From contig OZ024743.1 of assembly GCA_964016885.1 (NCBI GenBank), positions 127,782,001 to 127,846,000 on the forward strand: 64,000 nucleotides of DNA. The letters are read 5' to 3'. Shown here one piece after another: positions 54,330 through 64,000 of the stretch (position 1 is the first letter of the stretch; each line of letters starts with the position of its first letter). Position numbers and translations under genes: made by a program. Source of the DNA: Eledone cirrhosa (taxonomy: Eukaryota). The notes beneath the pieces are model-generated. The model saw only the letters and a list, made by a program, of their open reading frames with translations. It was not told the DNA's origin and ran no database searches.

Positions 54330-55282
54330 AAGATTTGGTATAAATATCCATAGGACGAGTTAAGTATAATTAGTTACAACTGTGAGACGTAAAGGTATTT
54401 AAGTTTCATTGGATTATTCACACCAACCCATTCAGCCTGTCATATAAATAACAATGGCTTCTAACAATGGACATTTTAGAAAATACAGGAGAGTTCTAAG
54501 GGTAGGTAATCCCGAATTTATCTATAAATACACGCATCTCTTGAATAAAGTAAGTGAAAGGGGAGGTAACTATAAAAAAAGCAAGGTAGGCAACTTCTGT
54601 TTCACGGGGAGCCCAGGGGTTAAGTAGAAAAGTCGAAGAAAATAAATTCAGTCTAGACAATTTTTCAGAACAAACTTTGCTTCATGATGACAACAACTGA
54701 AGCGGGTTTTTAAACACCATTTCCCTGAAGCTAGTTGCAAGAGTATAATCCACTTCTCCGAGTTACACAGCTGGCAAAATTTCATCCCATTGACATAGGG
54801 GGTGGATTTTTCCTGTATCTTCAATATAATAGAGAACGCTGGGCCGTTAGTTTTGAGGTTCCACATATGGTTCGTGAGCTGAGTGGTATGTTTTTGTCAG
54901 GATGTCTGAAGATTGTTACGTGGTTCAGGAAACGAACGGCTTTTGAGCCGGCTCTCAAACATTCCTACATAGGTCCAGGCTTCAGTTTGGTGGTTCTGGT
55001 TGGTGGAGGTCACTTCTGCTTCATATATCACCATTAGAGTGTCGCACTGTTGATCCAGAGGGAATGACTCTGGCCTTCTGCATCCACATTTGTAAGGTGG
55101 AAGGATTTTGCGCTTGTTGGTGTGGGATTTTATGTTACTGGTAAAAGAGTAGCCTATTTTTACTGTATGGCTGTTGAATATTTGTCGGTATTTAAGGCCT
55201 ACAAGAAAGTGAAAATCTAGGAGGGCTAGGAATTTTCTACCTACTAATGTAGGTAGAAAATTCCTAGCCCTCCTAGATTTTC
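54330..55282 (-). mobile_element. 5'-truncated PLE (GIY-YIG endonuclease region) with a fold-back hairpin at its 5' end
   Basis: VGRKFLALLDFHF, IFNSHTVKIGYS, CGCR...VIYEAEV...YVG, WNLK...CQLCNSEK; 34-bp perfect arms 55211-55244/55249-55282. Confidence 0.8.
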
Positions 55283-55599
55283 GGGGGTAGTGGAATGAGA
55301 GGCTCCTAGTATTCATTAAGACATCTCTCTAGGAGAAGGTTACTCTAATGTGAAACCTGCGACTTCGTTTGCATCCAATGATGTCGATCAGTTCTACCTT
55401 TTGGGTAAATGCATTCGATGTTCAGAGAGTGGGACTGGCTCCATGCGAAGCCTTTCCTCACTTAAAAAAGCTTCACGCATCGCTTGATATCTGATATTTT
55501 CTTAAGTATCAAGCAATAGCATTACTCGAAATCGAGTTGCAGCTATCATATATGTCTGTCTATATATATATATATAAGAAACAATTATTATCATCATAC

Positions 55600-55735
55600 A
55601 ACGGCCCTTGCCATTCTGAGTTCAAATCGCGCCGAGGTTAACTTTGCCTTTCATCCTTACGGGGTCGATAAAATAAAGTACCAGTAATGCACTGAGTAAT
55701 TGCTGGCCTTGTGCCAAAAGAAGAAACAATTATTA
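55600..55735 (+). mobile_element. 5'-truncated tRNA-derived SINE
   Basis: B box plus body of the dominant family. Confidence 0.8.
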
Positions 55736-55953
55736 TCATCATACAAACACAAGCAAACGCAGATATATTATCTATGTAGATTTTTGGTTTTAATAACTCT
55801 GGTTTTACTTAGTTTTTTTTTTTTTTTGTTAATTTGTTTTTAGTTTCTATATTTAATATACATAAACATATTGTATATGGGTTTATTTTGTTTATGTTTA
55901 GCTTTATCTTCCAAAATATCACTTCTTTAATTGCCAAGATGTATCAGACTTAC

Positions 55954-56059
55954 CTTTTCTGTTAAAAGCTATGACTGCGATGGCAGTTGTGTATGCAGTG
56001 ATGTGGAACAGAAGAAAATAACCACATAGACACATGAGGGAAATATTTATAGAAGGCAT
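55954..56059 (-). CDS. Probable first coding exon with a signal-peptide-like sequence (MPSINISLMCLCGYFLLFHITAYTTAIAVIAFNRK)
   Basis: ATG preceded by an in-frame TGA, hydrophobic core, perfect donor aag|gtaagt in phase 1 (compatible with the EB exons); possible acceptor at 56141. Confidence 0.6.
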
Positions 56060-56565
56060 ATGAGAATTTATTCATATACTTCGCAGCGTGTATGTAACCG
56101 CTGCTTGTCCATCAATCTTGGAATGTCAAATATATTCTCACTGAATTAAATAACTGAACATTATATATACTAGCAGAAAAACTACCCAACGGTTAGTTTT
56201 CTGCTAGCATGTGTAGTGTGTATATTGATATTATACACAAATATATATGCATGTAAATATGATACATCAAATAAAATCGTAATTGACAATATACACAGAA
56301 ATTGAACAAAACCGATGTTACACTGTCTTCTGTAATCAGTAATCCATGATATATTAAAAAAAAGACGACATTATATATAAATTGCATTAGGAGAAAATTA
56401 GCGACGGAAATATATGCGATTATAAGTGTTATAATATAACGGCCGCTAACCGGAAGTGTTGACAGTTGATAATTTTAAAGAAGTGAATTTTAAAGATTAA
56501 GCTATAAAATATATTTAATCAACAGCCACGAAGTTTAGCACATAAATTATGTAATATAAATTATG

Positions 56566-56631
<66 letters not shown>

Positions 56632-56760
56632 ATGGAGGCGGTAAAAACGAGTTAGACCATTACTCACCAGACTACTCGATACTTGGGTAGCAGAGCGGAT
56701 AATATGAAAAAATTCAGGACCCCGATGGCTGAGCTTCGGTCGTTTCAACAGCTAGATCCG

Positions 56761-56851
<91 letters not shown>

Positions 56852-56859
56852 TATATTTA

Positions 56860-57277
56860 AAAAAATAGAGGCGTAACACACGAGTTGTGATATATTAGTA
56901 AAAGGAAAAGAAAATGCTGATAATTTTTCCCATTGGAAAATAGTTTAATTAGGAATAAGTATAAATTAGTAATAAGTATTGGTTAGTATTCAGTTTTAGT
57001 TTTAAGTTTTTACCGGTTGCGCATTTCTAATGCTTTTCAAAAATAATTTTGAGATAGAGCGCTCGTGATGTTTCCTCTAATCAGATTAGAGCAAACATCA
57101 CGAGCGTTCTATCTCAAAATTATTTTTGAAAAGCATTAGAAATGCGCAACCGGTAAAAACTTAAAACTAAAACTGAATACTAACCAATACTTATTACTAA
57201 TTTATACTTATTCCTAATTAAAATATTTCTCTCTGGGAAAAATTTGTCACCATTTTCTTTTCCTTTTACTAATATAT
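56860..57277 (-). mobile_element. Family C fold-back element, copy 2 (~193-bp arms, 1-nt centre at 57083)
   Basis: Near-perfect palindrome 56890-57277 plus tail; same sequence as 50799-51180. Confidence 0.85.
57121..57160 (+). ncRNA. HHR-like motif with U3:A8 and GCAA variants (mirror at ~57006-57045; also ~50917-50955 on -)
   Basis: ttt-TTGAAAA-gcatt-aga-aatgc-GCAA-ccgg-TA-aaa. Confidence 0.5.
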
Positions 57278-57294
57278 ATATATATATATATAGA

Positions 57295-57600
57295 CAGACT
57301 GAACAAAAAAAAATGGCGTAGACATACAACACAACAGGAGGAACAATGAATATAACACCACTGACGATGTTGCAGATGTGCAACGAAAGATTTATGTAAA
57401 CTATATATATATGTGTTTGTCTATATTGTATCTGTATTATTTTTGACTGCCGGTCAGTCAATGGCAACATTGAGGACCGAGTAAGTTAGATCGCAGATAT
57501 ATATATATAAAAGACAGCGAGAAGCGAAAACCAACCAAACAGTGAGTGTGTTCTGTTATTAATTCTGGCAATATTACGCAAATATGACCCTCCCCAAATA

Positions 57601-57605
<5 letters not shown>
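57295..57605 (+). mobile_element. Family I-related short HHR element
   Basis: aaaatggcgtag and the 3' end are shared with 46776-47060. Confidence 0.6.
57357..57398 (+). ncRNA. Type I HHR
   Basis: acca-CTGACGA-t-gttgca-gatg-tgcaac-GAAA-gatt-TA-tgta; perfect 6-bp stem II, weak stem I. Confidence 0.6.
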
Positions 57606-57644
<39 letters not shown>

Positions 57645-57691
57645 AAAATGAGGTTTTTTAAATGAAAAAAAAAACGAGTGAAAGTGTAAGA

Positions 57692-57823
57692 AAAAGGAAA
57701 TCGAAAATGCAACTGGAGTCTTTTTAAGAATGTTTATTTGTTTCCTTTACCGGTTTCACAGTTCAAAGGAAACAAATAAATATCCTTAAAAAGACTGCAG
57801 TTGCATTGTCGATTTCTTTTCCT

Positions 57824-57825
<2 letters not shown>
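57692..57825 (+). mobile_element. Mini fold-back of the Neptune-like 3' end
   Basis: Arms 57692-57748 / 57765-57822 match 17199-17270. Confidence 0.75.
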
Positions 57826-57918
<93 letters not shown>

Positions 57919-57919
57919 A

Positions 57920-58063
57920 CAGGGTGTCCCCCAAATATGTATAAACAATAAAATCTTTAAAAATGCATTTAAATAAATTCTGTTTTATATGCAATATTTA
58001 AATTATGTAAACAATTTTGGGTGTTTACATAATTTATGTATACATTTTGGGGGGAACACCTTG
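57920..58063. mobile_element. Tc1/mariner-type MITE
   Basis: TA|cagggtgtcccccaaatatgtata ... tatacattttggggggaacaccttg. Confidence 0.7.
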
Positions 58064-58134
58064 ATATATATACTGGGGTTATTTGTTAAATGACTTGGTC
58101 TGAGACCGATTAAAAAATAAACAAAAAAACGTAC

Positions 58135-58218
58135 CTGTTAAATACACCTTATATTTATCATTTATTTCTTGGTTGGTGTCATCGCACTGTTTATAACCTG
58201 GCCACTGACACAGTTTTA
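58135..58218 (-). CDS. Candidate 84-nt phase 1-1 exon (KLCQWPGYKQCDDTNQEINDKYKVYLT)
   Basis: Donor cag|gtacgt and an open frame compatible with the upstream EB exon; weak acceptor. Confidence 0.25.
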
Positions 58219-58452
58219 CTGTAACCAGGTTTCTAGGTAATGCGACGAATATTTTTAGACCAATAAATAAATGATAGATGTTAACAGTGTGCGTGTGTTT
58301 TGAGTGGTTAAAATGTCTTTTCCACAATATAGTTGCTAAGGTTTCTAGTTACTTTTGGTGGTATAGTTTGAAGATGGTATTCACTGATGTTGCATTCAGG
58401 AGATTGAAAAGAAAATGTTAAAATGTAGAAATATATTTAATATATAACTTAC

Positions 58453-58587
58453 TTGCTAAACATCCTGTTAGATCAAGGCTTGGAAGATAACCCGATTTAC
58501 AAATACAGTGCCCCACGTGTGAACACTTTGAGTCTACCATTGCACTGGAACAGTCGATGTGTGAAGAACACAAATCACCAAGTCTTC
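58453..58587 (-). CDS. Internal coding exon, six-Cys EB/EGF-like module (RLGDLCSSHIDCSSAMVDSKCSHVGHCICKSGYLPSLDLTGCLA)
   Basis: Acceptor atatttcag|, donor |gtaagt, 135 nt, phase 1-1, Cys pattern almost identical to 997-1131. Confidence 0.85.
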
Positions 58588-58970
58588 CTGAAATATGATA
58601 GATGAAAGAAAAATTAGTTTGGAACATGTGATAATGGATCCTCCGTCGTTTACGACTATCAGGATTCATATATTCGATCAGCTGAATGTCCAGCTCGTGA
58701 ATTAATGTTTAAGTGGTTGAGTATTTCACAGATGTGTATGCCCAAATCAGCGTGACTTATTATGTGACAGTAATTATATTATATAAAATATATATAAGAT
58801 ATAAAGGATGGTGGGATGGTTAAGTTCTTAGAGCATTGGACAAATGCATATTAATATTTCTTCCGGCTCTTTACGTCTTAGAATTCCCGCTGAGGTCAAT
58901 TTGCCTTTCATCTTCCAGGGGTCCATGAAATGAAGTAACAGTAAAGATAGATAGATAGATAGAGATAGAT

Positions 58971-59075
<105 letters not shown>

Positions 59076-59137
59076 TGCGTGTGTGTGTTTTCTGCTCCTT
59101 CCTCTTCTCACTCTCTATCTTTTTATTTCTCATTCAA

Positions 59138-59173
59138 TCTTCTGGTGAAGGACTAGTGTCCGAAATATTAAGA
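59138..59173 (+). ncRNA. Degenerate minimal HHR
   Basis: tctt-CTGGTGA-a-ggac-tagt-gtcc-GAAA-tatt-aaga. Confidence 0.45.
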
Positions 59174-59252
59174 CTCTTTCCTACTATATCAAGTGTTAAA
59201 CTAATATCTTTCTTCGGTGTATTGTGTCGTTTGCTTTGTTATTTCTGTTTAC

Positions 59253-59650
<398 letters not shown>

Positions 59651-59654
59651 GGAG

Positions 59655-60820
59655 CGATGGCAGCTAAACTTGTTGACCTGTTCTTTTTTTAATACCTATC
59701 ACCGTTATTGAGAGAGGTGGGTTGATTCCGTGCAAGGCCTTTCTTTACTTTAAAAGGCACATATAGGCATCACGTGATATAAATATCTTTCACGTGTATT
59801 GCAAGAGCATGGCTAGCCGGAGCCGAAAACGATGAACTCAAACAATGGTGTATTAGTCAATGGCAATAAGGACTCTGGAACAAGAAGGACAAAAAAACCT
59901 GCATTTCATCTTTCCTTGAAATAGCTTGTCCGGAAGATCCCCTGATCTGATAGAATTCTCATACTTGGGGATTTTAGCACTAGGGTTGGAAAGGACCACA
60001 TAACGTGGGTGGTTATTGGTAAACATGGGATTGGAAAATGTAATAGCAATGGCTTATTACTCCTGCAAATATGCCAGGAGTTAAGTCTTTGTATAGCTAA
60101 TGCTTTCTTCCAGCATAAGGAGAATCACAAGACAGCCTAAATGCATCCAGGTTCAAAGCAGTGGCACATGATAGACTTTGTTCATGTGTGTAGGCATGAT
60201 TTTCGAGACATCTGTGATGTCCGTGTGCTGCAGGGCGCTGAGAGGTGAACAGACCGTCGTTTAGTTCGCACTAAGGTAAAATTTGTAGTAAAGCTGAAAA
60301 TACGAGTTGTTGTTCCAAAGAAAGTAACTATTTCTCTGATTAAAAATGCTTCAATAAAGGATGAGCTGGTGAGAAATTTAGACAAGATTCAATGCGATGA
60401 CACATAAAGATTTCAAAACGTCGGTTTATGATACTTCGGCATATGTTCTTGATTTTATTAATAGGAAACATCAAAACTGGTTTTATGAAAATTAGGAAGA
60501 GATTGAAGTGCTACTCAATGACAAGAAGACAGCGATGATGTGAATGCTTAAAGGAGGGAAAGAGCTGGAAGGAGTGAAATATTGTTGAAGGTGGTGAAGG
60601 CCAACTTGCAGCGCAAGCTCCGTAGCATGCAAGTTGTATGGTGGAGAAGTAAAACGAAAAAGATTCAGGCTGCAGCTGATGCCAACAATAAAAAGTTACT
60701 TTGTAGTTTATTACACGAAGTCTATGGTCTTTATTCTTCTCCCTTCGTATTTCTGAAATCTCAAAATGGCAACAATTTATTTAGTGACCCAAAGAACATC
60801 CTTTTGAGATGGAGGGAACA
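59655..60820 (+). pseudogene. RTE-clade LINE: APE endonuclease and linker fragments
   Basis: [21 protein letters not shown]...FFQHK...MHPGSKQWHMIDFV; WWRSKTKKIQAAAD...ILLRWRE. Confidence 0.85.
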
Positions 60821-63770
60821 ATGCCACATTCTTTTTATAACCTTTATATTGTTAACTTTAACTATCCAAATCAACAAACATTTACTTTGTGATTAACTTT
60901 GTCTCTTTCTCACTACAACAAATAAATATACATTCATCAAAATTATCCGTGTTGATATTCCCATTATTATTACCAGTAATGCACTGTGTAATTGCTGGCC
61001 TTGTGCCTAAAGTAGAAACAATTATTATACCTTTCTGCTAAAATGGTGACTCGACGTGAGACTTGGTGATATCTATTATTATAAACTGCTAAAATCGTGA
61101 CCCCCCGACGGAGGAATATTTTAAGTACAAAATATTCCTTTAAAATAAAAAAAAAATTTGCAGTATTTAAAAAAAAAATTTCAACACGAGGAAATTAGTT
61201 TCAAAATCGCTATCACAAAGTACTCCTCTACCAACAACAGCAGCAGCAGCGACAACATTAGTTAACCACTAACCATAAACAACGGAATAACTATGTGGAA
61301 ACTTCTCCGTTGGAACAATACGAACACAAACATTTCTATTCCCACCTCACGTGGTGACAACGTTCAAATGCTTTTCACTTGATGTTTACACTTTCGCTAC
61401 ATCTTACTACGAACCATTCATTAAATTGGACTCTTTCATTTTTTAACATGATATTTTTCTTTTTCTGAAAATTACACCTCGTGTCTTTCTCGTTCAACCA
61501 AGCTTTTGTTTAAGACCAACAACCAATATGGCGACTGCTGCCTTCCTCTTTCAATTTCGAGCAGCCATCTTGTCTTCTTCGTTTCGTCATTTTTCCGCGC
61601 GGTGGATTTTACCAACACACTCATTGCTATTCATCTAAAAAAATAGTTCGGCCACGAGCTACTTTATTAATGCCAGTAAAAAAATTGCGACACCTTGCGT
61701 CGTAAATTTGACGTCACTTGCTGGGCATTTTTATGCACGTTCGTTCTGCGGTCAGCTACTTAAAAGAAACTTATCTGGACTCACTCAGATCAACAACTGC
61801 TCATCTGGACTTACTCAGATCACAGCGCTCAACTGTTTTTTTTTTCAGCACTGACCAACACATCTTGGCTGAAATTTCTGTAAAAAAAATTTTGCGCGCC
61901 CTTCTCTTTGGATCTTCTAACTCTGAACGAGTTGTTTCCCTTGTAACAACTTTAAAAGGCTGAGAGAGTCATTTAAAAAACAATTCTTTCTTTCTTTTTT
62001 TACAGGCAATGTTTGGACATTTATTTCTTTTAAACTGTATAATATGAAAATTAATTTTTTTTTCTATCATTGTATACATGCCTGCATATGCACACACATT
62101 TCTTTGTCACAAACCAACATGTTATCTATAGTATATGATCTTCAAGCGTTGTAATATTCTGCGAGATCCCTTTGGAGGTACCAAAACATGCTGTCGACAC
62201 TTGCAGCTTAATTCACCTGCACCGCAACACGAGAAGGCTAATTGCAGCTGGATTCAAACAGTTTCGCATCTCGTTGCACACTCATCGTCCTATAGCATAA
62301 CAACCTCCATCTTGTTACTTTACCCGACTCACTGGGAAAACAACAAATGGAACTGGACCAGTCAGCATTTCCACCATTTCTCCTATGGATTCGCCAGAAT
62401 TATGGAATTACCGCTTCAACTACTACCCACCTAAAGATTCAACTTGCTTTTTTTTCTTTTCAAAGCAACTAACCATTTTTTCCTGGCTGCCTAGCACTTC
62501 GGCAATTCATCTGGAAAGCCGACAATTTCTCACCTACCCATCATCTTCTTGCCAGCTCTGCTACAACATTTACCATAACAGATCCAGCTATACAGCTCTG
62601 GTATAACATTTACCATAACAGCTCTGGTATAACTCTTACCATAACAGCTATACAGCTCTGGTAAAGCATGAACAGCACCATCATTGACAACAGCTACTGG
62701 TAAACTACCATAACATCTCCGGTACAACACTTACCATAACAGCTAACATTTAATGCAAGAACAGCAACTTTGTCCATGTCAGAAATCATCTGTTTTCTGT
62801 TAGACGCCTGGTGGTCACGTATAAGTAGCAAAACAGCTAGTCATTTGACACAGCGGCTCAACACGGTCCTTAGTGCCTCATTTTTCTTCTTGCATGCATT
62901 CTTTTATTCAATTTTTCATTGATGTATTCTCTTTCAGCATTTTTCCTGCTGATTCAATTTTATATATCGTCTTGCGACTAGGAAGGGGGCATTGCAGTGA
63001 CCTACATTCCGAGGGCTCAGTTCAGCCAATCGCCGCCAGCGTAGGAGAATGTATCTCGACACGCCCTGAGGGAAAATTCCCGCGTCGATTCAGAAATCTC
63101 TCTCTTGCTGCTTGGGACTCTGAGAGATGAACACGCGATAATGTAACGGTGAGATTTCCACTTTGGCCTGTCGACCTTCCTTTGGCCTGGCACAATGCCA
63201 CATTCTTTTTATAAACTTTAACTATCCAATTCAACAAACATTTACTTTGTGATTAATTTTGTCTCTTTCTCACTACAACAAATAAATATACATTCATCAT
63301 AATTATCCGTGTTGATATTCCCATGGATTGGCAGTATTGGTAGAGGGTCGCACGCCATGCTTTGACGTATAGAGTTACGGCCCTTGCCATTCCGAGTTCA
63401 AATCCCGCCAAGGTTAACTTTGCCTTTCATCCTTACGGGGTCGATAAAATAAAGTACCAGTAATGCACTGGGTAATTGCTGGCCTTGTGCCTAACGTAGA
63501 AACAATTATTATACCTTGTGAATTGGCAGTATCGGTAGAGGGTTGGACGTAACTATGCTTTCTAGCATAGTTACGTCCCTTTACAGTTTGAGTTCAAATC
63601 CCGCCGACGTTAACTTTGCCTTTCATCCTTACGGGGTCGATAAAATAAAGTACCAGTAATGTACTGGGTAATTGCTGGCCTTGTGCCTAAAGTAGAAACA
63701 ATTATTATACCTTTCTGCTAAAATGGTGACTCGACGTGAGTCTTGGTGATATCTATTATTATAAACAACT
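60818..63770 (+). mobile_element. Degenerate Gypsy-like LTR retrotransposon remnants with nested SINEs
   Basis: PPT aggaaggggg then LTR tgcagtga...tcactaca (62993-63277); partial LTR 60818-60917; PBS-like tggtgactcgacgtga at 61044 and 63724. Confidence 0.6.
62568..62745. repeat. Degenerate 20-40-bp tandem repeat (taccataacagct...ctctggta)
   Basis: taccataaca recurs 5 times. Confidence 0.75.
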
Positions 63771-63872
63771 GCTGAGGTTGACTTTGCCTTTCATCCTTAC
63801 GGGGTCGATAAAATAAAGTACCAGTAATGCACTGGGTAATTGCTGGCCTTGTGCCTAAAGTAGAAACAATTA
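63325..63872 (+). mobile_element. Three tRNA-derived SINE copies
   Basis: Dominant family at 63325-63510, 63520-63710 and 63773-63872. Confidence 0.85.
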
Positions 63873-63881
63873 TAAACAACT

Positions 63882-64000
63882 GCTAAAGGCTTTTGATACG
63901 GTGAATAGAACTGTCTTATGGAAGATTCTAGGCTGAGATCAGTTCTGAGAGGTTTTCATGATGGTATGCAAACTTGTGTCGATATCAGTAGACAGGTGTT
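63882..64000 (+). pseudogene. RTE LINE RT fragment (continuation of 59655-60820)
   Basis: KAFDTVNRTVLWKIL...FHDGMQTCV. Confidence 0.7.

Overview
This is AT-rich, microsatellite-saturated animal genomic DNA. The SINE repertoire and (TA)n/(CA)n/(TATG)n load point to a coleoid cephalopod such as Octopus, which is an inference. It is mostly intronic sequence of a minus-strand gene or tandem genes with 135-nt, phase 1-1, six-cysteine (EB/EGF-like) exons at 58453-58587 and 997-1131 and a signal-peptide-like exon at 55954-56059. Almost all ORFs in the supplied track are low-complexity artefacts. Transposon content includes a decayed hAT (Charlie/SPIN-like) transposon, RTE, R4/Dong-like and Tx1-like LINE pieces, two Penelope-like element (PLE) coding remnants, Helitrons, MITEs, Gypsy LTR remnants, many tRNA-derived SINEs and two satellites. 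The most striking pattern is roughly ten unrelated short element families sitting in (TA)n tracts, carrying type I hammerhead ribozyme (HHR) motifs and inserted as fold-back palindromes. Some HHRs are canonical, some have core variants (U3:A8, GCAA, CAGAAGA) and some have very long stem II. The inverted arm mirrors copy-specific changes and ends at a TA microhomology, suggesting a ribozyme-associated snap-back integration mechanism. All structures were read by eye; none were computed.
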